Source: Hypanus sabinus (lineage: Eukaryota). From it: DNA of 64,000 nucleotides. Position 1 is the first letter of the stretch; each line of letters begins with the position of its first letter. This document shows, piece after piece, positions 38,479 through 51,256 of the stretch. The notes under the pieces are model-generated. The model was not told where the DNA came from, searched no databases, and worked only from the letters and a program-made list of their open reading frames with translations. The stretch is taken from positions 169,012,001-169,076,000 of the forward strand of contig NC_082711.1 of NCBI RefSeq assembly GCF_030144855.1, given 5' to 3'. A program made the translations under genes and the position numbers.

Positions 38479-39281
38479 TGTTATGAATGTACCACAGCTC
38501 CGAGGGGCCGAAGGGTGCAGGGTAGCCCCCTCCTTTGTGAGAATCGCAAGATCACTATTGATTTGGGTCAGGAGACCCAGGAAATGAGAGAGAGATGTGC
38601 AGAATGTCTTGTTCTCCCCGGCGATATAAAGCTACGGGACACGGCCATTGTCTCTTGAAGACGAACTTGGGTATTGCAATCCTGTGCGACGTGGAAGCCC
38701 TCAGGCAAAGTGGGCTGGTTGAGGGAGGGATTGCATCATCTCAACCTGATTGACATCTGAGACCCTGTGAGTCAGGATAAAAGAGAGAACAGCCCCTCAG
38801 ATGCACCAGAAGAAACGCTAGCAATCCCGTAATAGCGGAAGCCAGTGGGAGGAGGCCACGTGCGTTTGGTTCCATTTGCCCCGGAACCGGTGGCTTTTAC
38901 CACGGAAAAACAGCTTTTAGCTAACAACGGGGAAACCAACTCCCCACGACTCGAAGGATTGGCATCATAAAAGAACTGGGCAAGTTTAACCCGACTTTCC
39001 CTCAAACCCAAAACGCTGCAGCTTGAACGAACTAACAGTGACTTTTATATTTCCATCGGACAATACATTATCCCCTAGACAATGATAGAGCTATTTCTTA
39101 TTGATTATTATTATACCCGCGCTTTTAGATTTAGTATTGATGCTGTATATTACCTGTATGTTTGCATTGATCTTATTTTTGTGTCTCTTTATCAATAAAT
39201 ACCGTTAAAAATAGTGCCATCAGACTTCAACAGACCTCTCTATCTTTGCTGGTAAGTGAACCAGTTAAGGGGTTCGTAATA
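38479..39281 (+). mobile_element. Solo LTR (803 bp), family C
   Basis: TGTTATG...CGTAATA termini; 4-bp TSD CTGC on both sides; GATAAAA TATA-like and AATAAA; homologous to 50235-51025. Confidence 0.85.
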
Positions 39282-39689
39282 CTGCTGAACCTCAAAAACC
39301 TTAGCTTCCCCCACTCTAACAGTGACCACTCCAACAATTGCCACTCCGCATGACCCTAACTTCTTTTTATTGGCTGCTGCCAGTTGACTATTTAACCAAT
39401 CAATTATCAGCTAACAATTTGCAGCTGTATGCCCTGCCGCCTGGAAGTGAACGGAAAGCCACCGACAGACTGCGCTAAAACCTCCCACTTGCTGCCGGGT
39501 AGGCGGCCCTCACGCTGGAATTTCTGCACAGGTGCTGATCCTGAAGCCTCTGAGGACAAACCCGCCAAGCCTGGGCGGAACAGGAGTGGTCTCAGGAAAA
39601 CCATGCCGACCATTGCCAAAACCGTGAAGAAATAAATGAATGGCGCACAAGTACATCAAAACCTTGTCGGAGGAGACGATGAGTAAACA

Positions 39690-39925
39690 GAGGGTTAAAC
39701 GGTACATCGGTGAAAAACACAATAATGGGAGGTGAGAGTACTGCAACCGCCAAGAAACGTTTGAGCATGTACTGCTGAGGTGTTCAAAATATAATCAAGA
39801 AAGAGAGGATGGTTGATTTTAAAGTTATCATGGAATAAAAGACAATTTAACATTAACAATATTTTGCAGAAATAATTACAAGATTATTAAATATATAGTG
39901 CAGTTCCTTAAGAATACAGGTCATT
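39690..39925 (+). mobile_element. Nimb/I-clade-like LINE C-terminal fragment
   Basis: Degenerate CCHC knuckle (KHNNGR*EYCNRQETFEHVLLRCSKYNQERE..QFLKNTG). Confidence 0.45.
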
Positions 39926-39947
39926 TTCACAGAATTTGATATAATAT

Positions 39948-41340
39948 ACTAGAATTCTGAAGAATGAGGGGTAATCTAATTGAAACCAATTGAATGGTGA
40001 AAGGCCCTGATATAGTGGATGTGGGGAGGATGCTTCCTATGGTTGGGGAGTCTAAGACTTGAGGACACTGCCTCAGAATAGAGGGGTGTTCTTTTAGAAC
40101 AGAGGTGAGGAGGAATTTCTTTAGCTAGAGCGTGGTGAATCTGTGGAATTCTTTGTCATAGGCTTCTGTGGTGGCCAAGTCTTTATAAAGCAGAGTCTGA
40201 TAGATCCTCGATTGGTCAGGGCATGAAGGGATACAGGGAGAAGGCAGCAGATTGGAGCTAAGAGGAAAATTGGATCAGCCACGATGAAATGGCAGAGCAG
40301 ACTTGATGGGCCAAATGGCCTAATTCTACTACTATACATTATAGTAGGCTTCAATGAGATTCCCACACATTCTTCTAAATTCCGGTGAGTACAGGCCCAA
40401 AGCTGCCAAACACTCCTCATATGTTAACCCCTTCTTTCCCCAGAATCATCCTCGTTAACCTCCTCTGGACTCTCACACTGACAACACATCCTTTCGGAGA
40501 TAAGGGGCCCAAAACTGTTGACGATACTCCCAGTCCGATAAAGTACCTTGTAAAACCTCAGCATTATCTCATTGTTTTTATATTCTATTCCCCTTGAAAG
40601 AAATGTCAACATTGCATTTGCCTTCTTCACCACAGGCTCAACCTGTAAATTAACCCTCTGGGAGTCTTGCATGATGTCTCCTAAGTCCATTTGCACTTTG
40701 AATCTTCTTCCCATTAAGATAATAGTGCACACTTGTTCCTTTTACCAAAATATATTACCATACATTTCCCAACACTGTTTTCACCCATTCTTCCAATTTG
40801 TCTAAGTCATGCTGCAATTGTATTGCTTCCTCAGAACTACCTAACCCTCCACCTATCTTCATATCATTTGCAAAATTTGCCACATTGCCATCAATTCCAC
40901 TATCTAAATCACGGACAAACGCTGTGAAAAGTAGTGGTCCCAATATGTCCCCTGAGGAACACCACTACTCACTGGCAGCCAACCAGAAAAGGCCCCCTTT
41001 ATTCCCACTCGCTGCCTCCTGCCCGTCAGCCACTCCTCTATCCATGCCAGTATCTTTCCTGTAACACCATAGGATTTTACCTCGTTAAACAGCCTCACCT
41101 TACCAAATGCCTTCTGAAAACCCAAGTAAATGACATCCACTGCCTCTCCTTTGTCCACCCTGCTGGTTACTTCCTTGAAAAATTCTAACAGATTTGTCAG
41201 GCAAGATTTCCCTTTACAGAAACCATTGACTTATTTTATCATTAATCTCCAAGTACCCCGAAACCTAATCCTTAATAATAGACTCCAACTCTTCCCCAAC
41301 CACTGAGGTTAGGCTAACTGGCCTAAAGTTTCCTCTAACT
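39948..41340. mobile_element. Two CR1 fragments in opposite orientation (+ about 39948-40340, - about 40350-41340)
   Basis: ORFs 40424-40732, 40755-40943 and 40904-41158 carry CR1 RT motifs (VDVIYLGFQKAF, SGVPQG, FANDMKIGG). Confidence 0.85.
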
Positions 41341-41889
41341 GTCCTATCAATGCATTCATTTTAATTTGTTTAGAGATACAGAACAGTAACAGGTCCTTCC
41401 AGCCCAATGAGCGCACATCGGGCAATTGCACACGTGTAACCAATTAACCCACTAACCTGTACGTCTTTGGAACGTGGGAGGAAACCAGAGTGCCCGGCGG
41501 AAACCCACGTGACTAGAGACAGAATGTACAAACTCCGTACAGACGGCGGTGGGAAATGAACCTGCGCTGCTGGTGTTGTAATAGTGTTACGCTAGCTACG
41601 ACATTACCATGCGGCCCCAGAGATCCTTCGCCCAACACGCGGCTCAAAACCGCGACCCTGAGGTTAAGAGGCTCTAGTGTTACCAACTGAGCTATTCGCA
41701 GTTATTAAGAGGGGCTGGCCAGTTTTGGACTGTGTTCCTTGAGCTTAGAAGAATAAGGAGCGATCTCATGAAACTTAGTAAAGAGATTAGCTTTATTCGT
41801 CACACATACAGTGAAATGTGTTCATTTGGTTCAACGATCTTTACAGTCAAACGGTTGTGCTGGAGGCAGCTCACGCCATGCTTCCAACA

Positions 41890-42441
41890 ATAGACATTAG
41901 ACAGTAGGTGCAGGAGTAGGCCATTCGGCCCTTCTAGCCAGCACCGCCATTCACTGTGATCATGGCTGATCATACACAATCAGTACCCCGTTCCTGCCCT
42001 CTCCCCATATCCCTTGACCCCGCTATCTATAAGAGCTCTATCTAACTCTCTCTTGAATGCATCCAGAGACTTGGCCTCCATTGCCTTCTGAGGCAGAGCA
42101 TTCCACATATCCACCACTCTCTGGGTAAAAAAATTTTTCCGCATCTCTGTTCTAAATGGCCTACCCCTTATTCTTAAACTGTGGCTTCTAGTTCTGGACT
42201 CACCCATCAGCGGGAACATGCTTCCTGCCTCCAGCGTGTCCAATCCCTTAATAATCTTATATGTTTCAATCAGATCCCCTCTCACCCTTCTAAATTCCAG
42301 TGTATACAAGCCCAGTCGCTCCAATCTTTCAACATTTGACAGTCCCGCCATTCCGGGAATTGACCTTGTGAACCTACGCTGCACTCCCTCAATAGCAAGA
42401 ATGTCCTTCCTCAAATTTGGAGACCAAAACTGCACACAATA
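41890..42441 (-). mobile_element. Young CR1 3' fragment inserted in a SINE
   Basis: Intact ORF 41980-42450 (YCVQFWSP..IEGVQRRFTR..GDLIETYKI..FFTQRVV); possible short TSD CAACA. Confidence 0.9.
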
Positions 42442-45400
42442 CAACACCAACGTAGCATGGTCAGAACTTATTATCCCTAACCCGTACGTCTTTGAAATGC
42501 AGGTGGAAACCAGGGGAAATCCTCCCGATCATGGGGAGAATTTACAAACTCCTTACAGGCAGCGGATGGAAATTGAGCCCCGACTGGCGATCGCAGGTAA
42601 CCTGACGGGATAGATGTTGAAATGTTTTCAGTATTGGGACAGTCACGGGCTAGGGTAAGCTGCATGGTAAGGGGCTTGTTACTTAAAAACGAAGTACGAG
42701 GAGGTTTCATTGCACAGAGGGTGGTGGAGGCCAGTTCATTATATTTAAGGTAGAGCTAAATATCTGAAAGGAATTGAGGGCTACAGGGAACTCGCACAAA
42801 TAAGGGGTTGAGGTTAGCATAGATCATATTGAATAGTGGGGTGGGTGGGGATTAATGGGGGCAGCGGGGGAAGGGTTCAAAGTTCAAAGTAAATTTATTA
42901 CCAGTGTGTATATAGAGCATTACAGCTCAGTACAGGCCCTTTGGCCCATGATGTTGTGCCGACCTTTTAACCTACTATAAGATCTATCTAACTCTGCCCC
43001 CTTACATCGCCCTTCATTTTTCTGTTATGTCACCATACACTACCTTGAGATTCATTTTCTTGCAGGCATTTACAGGAAAAACGAAAGGCAATAGAATTTA
43101 CAGAAAAAAAGATGCACAAACAGACGACGACTGATAAACAATCAACATGCAAAAGAAGGCAAATTGCAAATAAAAGACACTGGGGACACGACACGTAAAG
43201 AGTCCTTGAAAGTGAGTCTGTAGGTCGTAAAATCATTTCAGAGTAGTGCCCGATGAAGTTACCCATGCTGGATCAGCAGCCTGATGGTTGTAGGGTAATA
43301 ACTATTTATGAACCTGGTGCTGTAGGACCTAAGGCTTCTGTACCTCCTGCCTGATGGTAGTAGTAAGAAGAAGGTAAGGCCTTGATGGAAGGGGTCTTTG
43401 TTGATGAATGCTGCTTTCATGCGGCAGTGCTCCGTGTAAATGACCTCAATAGTGGGGAGGGCTTTGCCTGTGATGGACCAGTGACCTTCCCTTGTTCCTA
43501 TTTCCTCACGTTCTTGCGCAGTGAGGGATTGAGATACTTCATCGACGACAGTTGTCAGGTGGTCAGGAGAAAATCAAGGAGAAGTGTTCAAAGTTTTTAG
43601 AGATAAGGACAGTAAAATTTAAATTCTGTGGTGATGTGTCAACGTCACGAAACTGTGCAGCATCAGAGACGAGCTGGGGAACTCCTCGCCTCAAGAGCCT
43701 CAGGACGCACACCATCAGGTTCAGGAGCAATCGCTACACCTCAACCATCAGGCTCTTGGATCAGAGGGGATAACTTCACTCACTTGCCTATCCATTGAGA
43801 TGTTCCCATAACCAATGATCCCACTTCAAGGACTCGTTATCTAGTTATTTCATATTCTCATTATTTATTTATAATTGCATTGGCACAATTTGTCCTCTGG
43901 TTGAGCTTTCATTGATCCTGTTACAGTTACTATCCTATAGATTTGATGAGCATGCCTGCAGAAAAAAATGAATCTCAGGGTGGTATATGGTGACGTATAT
44001 GCACTCTGATTAAAAAAAAACTTTGAACTGCTTGGAACAAAATATCTGAATTTCAATTACACCACGATATTGGAGATTGTGCTATATTCAAGTAAACCAT
44101 TTATTCAAAATGGTTGACACATTTGTTGAATGCAAAGCTAATTCAAAGTCCCCGGAATGTGTATGTTGTAAGGTTGTACCAAATACAAATTCCACATGTC
44201 ATTGCAACCCATCAGAAACAAGCATTGAAGATGTAGGTTTAATGAAATTCTCTCGCTGAATAACAGCATTGCAGAGTGGAAGAAGAACATATGTCTCTCC
44301 CATTTTAACTGAACAAAAGAATGCTGGTGTGATTGTAAACTGAAGTTTCCTCTATCATGTGTAGCCCCAGGATTAAAAGCATAGAAGATTGTTAACCCCT
44401 ACAATGAGGACAATGAGGTCCTGCCCTCTTCACATCGTTACCATTGGGAAGGAGGTACAGAAGCCTGAAGGCACACACTCAGCGATTCAGGAACAGCTTC
44501 CCCCTCCGCCATCCGATTTCTGAACGGACATTGAACCCATGAACACTAACTCATTACTTTCTAAATTTCTACTTTTGCACTACTTACTTAATTTTATACA
44601 CACACACACACAATCTTACTGTAATTCATGTTTCTTCCTATAATTGTGTACTGCTGCTGTAGAGAAAACAAATTTCATGACATATACTGGTGATATTAAC
44701 CCTGATTCTGACTCTGACTTTAAAGAGATTTTCACTGATGAAATGTGTCCAATTTTGGACATTACATTCAAATGGGGGCTTTAGAAACACTACAGTGGAG
44801 AAGTGCAATGAAATCACATATATAGGATTCTGAGAATGAGAGAAATTAATTATGACGAGAGAGTTAAAATCAAGCAAACAGGAAATAAATGTGCTCAAAA
44901 TAATGAAAACTTCTGAATCAGCAAACAGCGAAGCTTGACTGAGTAAGATAAGCATAGAATTCATTAGTGCTAGCAAAGCAAAGGAAGTGTTTAAGAAGTT
45001 TTTATTTAATGCAGAGTTTTTACCATAGTTAATAACAAAGACAAGCCAAGTACAATTAATTTGGAAATTTTAAAAAATCAACAAATTAAATATTAAAGAA
45101 ATGAACAGAGAGATGAATGGTTTTCTTTCTAATTGTTTCTTTCTATAACTAGGGAAATGCACTGGGAATATAATAACAAAAGACAAAGAAACATATTACA
45201 ATAGTACCCAAACTATAAAGGTACCCAAAGTGGTTTATTGTTCAATGTTTTCAGTTGATATAAAATAAAACAATCTTACTACTGCAAAAATTGTGGCTGT
45301 TTATGATGATAATCTAAATTGATATTATTCTAACCGATATCCTGTTTATGAGTTACAAAGTAAATTTATTATCAAAGGTCATACATGTCACTTTACTTTC

Positions 45401-45649
45401 AGATTCATTTTCTTGTAGGTATTCATGAGAAAAGTACAGAAATATAATCACATTTATGAAAATTTATACATAAACAAAGAGCAATAAACAACCAATGTTC
45501 AAAAGGAGACAAACTGTGCAAATTAAAATGATATATGTACTGTAAATAAATAATACTGAGAACATGAATTCGTAGAGTCCTTGAAAGTGAGTCTGTAGGC
45601 TATGAAAATTCAAGAGAATTGCACAAACAGAAGTATATACTGTACTGAC

Positions 45650-45794
45650 CTTTGTAGAAAGCGTAAGCTGCAACAGGAAAGAAAGGCAACTGTAGCAAAG
45701 CTTCACAAAGAATGAATGTATTGAACCATGTCGGCGGATCCATTATCATTGGGTCTCTGAACTGAGTTGCATACCACTTTATTAAGTCTTGCAA
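45650..45794 (-). CDS. TMEM97: TMEM97 exon 2
   Basis: tttcctcag| acceptor; LQDLIKWYATQFRDPMIMDPPTWFNTFILCEALLQLPFFPVAAYAFYK-G; donor G|GTCAGT; 145 nt. Confidence 0.96.
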
Positions 45795-47353
45795 CTGAGG
45801 AAAGAAATGTAATGTTTTTTCAAAAAATTCCAAATTTGTAGAAGTTTCTTCAGCCTCAAAAAGTTTTTCCAAAGTGTGACTGGGTCAATATTTAGCGTAA
45901 ACAAACCAAAGTTCAACAATCATTACTGCTACAGGCCAGCGGAACATGAATACATTACAAGCAGATGGGACAACAGCGTCATACTTCCAGATTCCCATAC
46001 GCTAATCAGTTTGTTTATTCACCGGACTTTAATGATAGTATCACTAGGCCATCAGAATTCCACCAGGGTGAATTATTTACCCACTGTAAAATGTTGGTAA
46101 TGAAGTTACCTGGCTTTGAGTTGGGTTTCCTTACTGTTCAATGTGCACTTTGGGGCTTCCTTGGAGACCATGGGTGTGGGGGGGTGGGGGGGACAGGAAA
46201 ATAGAGCCTGGATGGAGATCTGTGGAATTCATTGCCACAGACGGCTGTGGAGGCCAAGTGATTGGGTATATTTAAAGCAGAGGTTGACAAGTTCTTGATT
46301 AGTAAGGGCAACAAACATCACAGGGTGAAAACATAGACATGAGGGTTGAGAGAGATAATAAACCAGCCGTGATGGAAAGGTGGAATAAACACAATTGGGT
46401 GGAATCACCTAATCTGCTCCTATGTCTTATGGTTTGATACTCAGGACAGCAGGCTCCAAAGACCGGGGGGTTGGGGTCCATGAACTCGAGAGCCAGTCCA
46501 AAGGCAGCTGGCTCTCAGAAACAAATCTAATGAAAACTCTGATACAACAGATTCAACTAATACTAGCCACACAAAATACTGGAGGAACTCAGTAGTTCAA
46601 GCAACATGTATAGAGGGAAATCAACAGATGATGTCTCAGACTTCATCAGGACTCTTCTGTTAGAAGCTGGGAGGGGCAAAAGAGAAGTTGTTAAGGTTGA
46701 GGACCATTTCTACCAGACAGAGGAGTGCGGAGTTGAGGGAACTGATTAGGTCTGGTGTCAAGAAAAGATCAGAGGCCTTTAAGGCCATTTTGATAGGGGT
46801 TGCAATTGTACAGGGACCTGGATGTTCAAGGTAAAAATAAGGAGGTTAGGCCCAGGGAACGGAGAGTCTTTGAAGTGTCATGGATGTAGGTGAACCAAAC
46901 GGGACAAACTGGAATCGATGCATCCTGACATTTCAGTGGGACAGGAGCAATAGAAACAATGGGCCTACTGAGGCAGTTAGGTCTGTGGATCTTGGATAGG
47001 GGACATTTTCTGGAAATGTCATCTGATCATATCTTTCCATAGATGCTGCCTGGCCAACTGAATTTCTCCAACATTTTGTGTGTATGCCCAACAAGAACCC
47101 TTCCAAAGAAACCGGTGAAGGATCTCGGCCCAAAACATCAACTGTTTACTCCCATCCCCCTGCTGAGCTCTTCCAGCACATTGTGTGTACTGAACCGGTC
47201 CAATGAAATCCCTCCCACAGACACGTAGTTTAGCCTAGTTTTTGTACTGTGTCATGAAACACCATGGTCCTGAAGAACAATATCTCGTTTTTACTGTGTA
47301 CTGTACCAGCAGTTATGGGCGAATGACAATAAAAGTGACTTGACTCGACCTGA

Positions 47354-48084
47354 CAATGAAAACCTTCCCACTGACTCCGGTCCAATGAAAACCCTCCGAC
47401 TGACTCCGGTCCAATGAAAACCCTCCCACTGACTCTGGTCCAATGAAAACCCTCCCACTGACTCTGGTCCAATGAAATTCCTCCCACAGACACTGGTCCA
47501 ATGAAATCCCTCCCACAGACTCTGGTCCAATGAAAACCCTCCCACAGACACTGGTCCAATAAAAACCCTCCCACAGACACCGGTCCAATGAAAACCCTCC
47601 CAAAGATACTGGTCCAATAAAAACCCTCCCACAGACACCGGTCCAATGAAAACCTTGCCACTGAAATCTGTCCAATGAAAACCCTCCCAAAGATACTGGT
47701 CCAATGAAAACCCTCCCACAGACACCGGTCCAATGAAAATCTTGCCACTGAAATCTGTCCAATGAAAACCCTCCCAAAGATACTGGTCCAATGAAAACCC
47801 TCCCATTGAAATCTGTCCAATGAAAACCCACCCAAAGATACTGGTCCAATGAAAACACTCCCACTGAAATCTGTCCAATGAAATCCCTCCCACAGACTCT
47901 GGTCCAATGAAAACCCTCCCATTGAAATCTGTCCAATGAAAACCCACCCAAAGATACTGGTCCAATGAAAACACTCCCATTGAAATCTGTCCAATGAAAA
48001 CCCACCCAAAGATACTGGTCCAATGAAAACACTCCCACTGAAATCTGTCCAATGAAAACCTCTCCTCCATTGAAACCGGTCCAA
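47354..48084. repeat. 29-bp minisatellite, about 25 units, in TMEM97 intron 1
   Basis: Consensus CAATGAAAACCCTCCCACAGACACTGGTC; CAAT recurs at exactly 29-bp spacing from 47354 to 48050; one detached unit at about 47195-47224. Confidence 0.97.
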
Positions 48085-48109
48085 GAATCCTGTCATGGAA
48101 ACTGGAATA

Positions 48110-48680
48110 AACCTTTCCGATGAAAGCCGGCTTAGGGAAAGCGGTCCGAGGAATGAGGGGACCCGATCCCGGAGCGAGCGGTACTTGGAGCAGGGGACGT
48201 GCCCGAAGGCCGGTGTCAGAGACTCACCGCAGCCGGGAACATCCAGCGGGGTAACAGGGCCTGCAGGTCGATGGCCAGGGTGATGGGGATGTGAGTGACG
48301 AAGTAGAAGCAGAAGATGCACTCGAGCAGCCGCCCGGGGGAAGCCATGGCGTGGTCGGGGGTGGGACCGCGGCTGGGTGGCGATTGGCAGCGGAGCGGAG
48401 GCGGAGGCGGAGGCGGAGGCGGAGCCGGCAGCTCCCTCACTGCGGACGGACCAACTAATACCGGATCAATACATGTTGTTACCCTCGTCCTCAGGGAACG
48501 TTTCACCAGATCTTCGCCGCACGTCGGGATCTGTCTGTCCTTCCACTCACAAGGCCCCCCATTGCCGGATATCTGGGCTTCACTGTCAAGTTCAGCATTG
48601 ATCACTCCGAATTGCCCTAACCCCATCTGAGCCCTGATCTGACGTTGTCCCTTTCTTCTGCCGTCTCTGCGCTCATTTCT
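48110..48680 (-). promoter_or_regulatory. TMEM97 CpG-island promoter/first exon region
   Basis: CpG-rich; CCAAT box (ATTGG at 48383-48387), GC boxes, (GGAGGC)n hexamer run at about 48397-48426. Confidence 0.75.
48228..48347 (-). CDS. TMEM97: TMEM97 exon 1
   Basis: Kozak GCCATGG; MASPGRLLECIFCFYFVTHIPITLAIDLQALLPRWMFPAA (EXPERA-domain HIPIT/DLQA motif); donor GCG|GTGAGT; the three exons total 516 nt = 171 aa + stop. Confidence 0.96.
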
Positions 48681-49462
48681 CTATCCCAAGACTGCAAACC
48701 TTACCCCCGCCCCCCCCCCGTCTATAATCTGTATAGACTGCTCTTTCTGAGCTCGACCTCTCTTCAGAGAGCCATTCTTTGATAAGAGAGTGATTAAGAG
48801 GTATGTCGACAGGTGAACGAACCGGGAGGCAACGCAGAGATGCAGATCATGTGCAGGCAGATTTGTAGTTTAAACTGGCAGAGATGTTGTGGGGTGCGGT
48901 GCCTGTTCCTGATGCTGTACAGTTCTGTGTTCTATTCAAACAGAACATCGCTGTGATTTTTCCACACCTTTCTGTCCTTTACCTACTTTCTTCCACGCTT
49001 GCAGCACCCACTGCAGGTAGAACCAGTCTCAGAATCGAATACAAAAATCTGAAGTGCAAAGGGATCTGGGAGTCTCGGATTTGGGTGGCTCTACCAAAGG
49101 AGGTGTAAGGCGCTCCTTTCCTTCGCGAGCCTGCAGGTCACCCTTGGGAAAGGTGTAGCACCTGATTAACCCCCTCGCCTTTGCTGAATAAATGCTTCTG
49201 TAATCCACTAGCGTCAGTGCCTCTCCAGAGGCTTTTGTTCACAGTCACAACAATATGACCACCACCTGCTCCCATGGTTTTTGACTGAACAAAGTCACTG
49301 GAGAGGCAAAGATGCTAGCGGACATAGACGTTATTCAGCAAAACAAACCGTGGGCATCACACTTGAGACGTTTTTGGAAGGAGAGGCCTGCCTGACCTAA
49401 TATTACATGACATTTTTATATGCTAAAGATCAAAGGTAACATATATTCACACCTACATTCTA

Positions 49463-50046
49463 TTTTTTTAAATTTATTTATTAAATTTTAGAAATTACAA
49501 AGAATAAATGTAATAGTAAAATAGTAAGAAAGATAATACTAACCCTCCCCCCTCCCCTTAACCCTCCCCCCCCCTTAACCCTTATCTAAAGAGAAGAAAA
49601 AAGATTGCCAGGATATCGGAGGATCCCCACATGCTCCATGGAGTTCAAAATAATTTTTATTTTTATTTTTTACTTTCCCCAATTACTATAATTTTATCTT
49701 CAAAGGACCTATGTATTTAATCCTATCTTTTGTAAGTATGGGAGCCAAATTTTCAAAAATATATCATATTCATTTCTTAAATTATACGTAATTTTTTCAA
49801 ATGGAATACAACTATGTATTTCATTATTCCAACGATCCATAGTTAAATATAAATCAGATTTCCAACTAACTGCGATAACTTTTTTGGCTACTGCCAATGC
49901 AATTTTTATAAATTTTTTGTGATACTTGTTCAATTTAAGTTTCAGTATTGTCCCTTCAATGTCTCCTAATAAAAATAATACTGGACTATGTGGGAGTTGT
50001 ACTCCAGTAATTTGTTCCAATAAAAGTCTTAAATTTATCCAAAATG
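49463..50046 (-). mobile_element. L1-clade LINE 3' fragment
   Basis: ORF 49709-50059 is L1 ORF2 C-terminus-like (AKKVIAVSWKS..EKITY..FLKIWLPYL); poly-T/AATAAA tail at the left end. Confidence 0.8.
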
Positions 50047-50234
50047 TATCATTGTTCATTTATTGTTCATTGTTATATCATTGTTCAGAGCTGCACTTTA
50101 GATTCAATCTACAATCCACACTCAGGTCTGAAGACTGGCTGCTATTGAAATTAATATTTGCTATATACCATAACCCCAAAATACACCCTAACAGTATGAG
50201 CAGCTGGTACATATCACAAGTCTTTGTTATGTGA

Positions 50235-51025
50235 TGTTATGTCCGCAGCCCCCTCCTTTGTGAGAATCGCAAGAGCACTAGTTGGGGGGGGAGTCAGTAG
50301 ACCCAGGAAATGGGAGAGAGACGTGCCGGATGCCTCGTTCCCCGGTGATGCAAATTAACGCGACATTGACCATTGTCTCCTGGAGATAACGTTTGTGGAT
50401 TGGGGACTATGCTACGTGCAAGCCCTCGGGCAAAGTGGGCTGGTTGAGAGAGAGATTGCATCATCCCAACCTGATTGACATCTGAGACCCCGTGAGGAGG
50501 TATAAAAGAGGGTCTGGGGGAACAACCCCTTCAAACGCACCAGAAGAAACGCTAACGATCCCGTAGTAGCGGGAAGCCATTTGAAGGAAGCCATGTGCGT
50601 TTGGTTCCCCTTGCTTGGGAGCCGGTTAGTTCTTGAACTAACAACGGGGAACCAACTTTCCCCGATTCAATGGATTTGCTTCATAAAAGACCCGGGCAAG
50701 TTTCTTTTCTCACAAATCTCTCTCTCCAACAAGTGAAAACCTAGCGGTCCCCAAAGGCTGAAGTCTGCAGGAACTGAGTGACTTTTATATTTCCATCGGA
50801 CAATATATTATCCCCTAGACAAACAATCGAGCTGTTTCTTATTGATGGTTGTTATTAGACCCGCGCTTTTAGATTGAGTAGTGACGACGTATATTATCTG
50901 AATGTTTGTATTAATCTTATTTTTGTGCCCCTTTATAAATAAAGACTTTTAAAAATAGTACCATCAGACTTCAACGGACCTCTCTATCTTTGCTGGTAAG
51001 TGACCTAGTTACGGGGTATGTAACA
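50235..51025 (+). mobile_element. Solo LTR (791 bp), family C
   Basis: TGTTATG...TGTAACA termini; 4-bp TSD GTGA at 50231-50234 and 51026-51029; TATAAAA at 50501, AATAAA at 50938. Confidence 0.9.
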
Positions 51026-51256
51026 GTGACTACTGACACTAGGTATCCCTGAAGAATATTGATGATGGCTGGGGTTACCCATCTTCTAAAGACACTGCCC
51101 AGAAGAGAGCAATGGCAAACCATTTCTGTAGAAAAATTTGCCCCGAACAATCATGGTCATAAGGCATACAGCACGGCACATAATGATAATGATGTAGGAT
51201 TCCCTAAAGGTTAAGGAAGGCAGATGCCATGTTAGCATTTAACTTTAGAGGACTAG

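Noticed and set aside
47354-48084. CRISPR-like array or repeat-protein gene (ORFs of 363, 259 and 241 aa)
   Set aside because: The variable part is only about 10 bp and recurs among units (no unique spacers), there are no cas genes, and it lies in a vertebrate intron. The longest ORF starts at GTG, and the TMEM97 frame stops at 48216 before reaching the array.
49080-49175. Possible HDV-like ribozyme in a repeat shared with 24840-24940
   Set aside because: The repeat homology is real, but I could not fold a convincing nested double pseudoknot by eye.
38479-51025. Single 12.5-kb provirus bounded by the two family-C LTRs
   Set aside because: Each LTR has its own distinct TSD, and the interior holds TMEM97 exons with no gag/pol.
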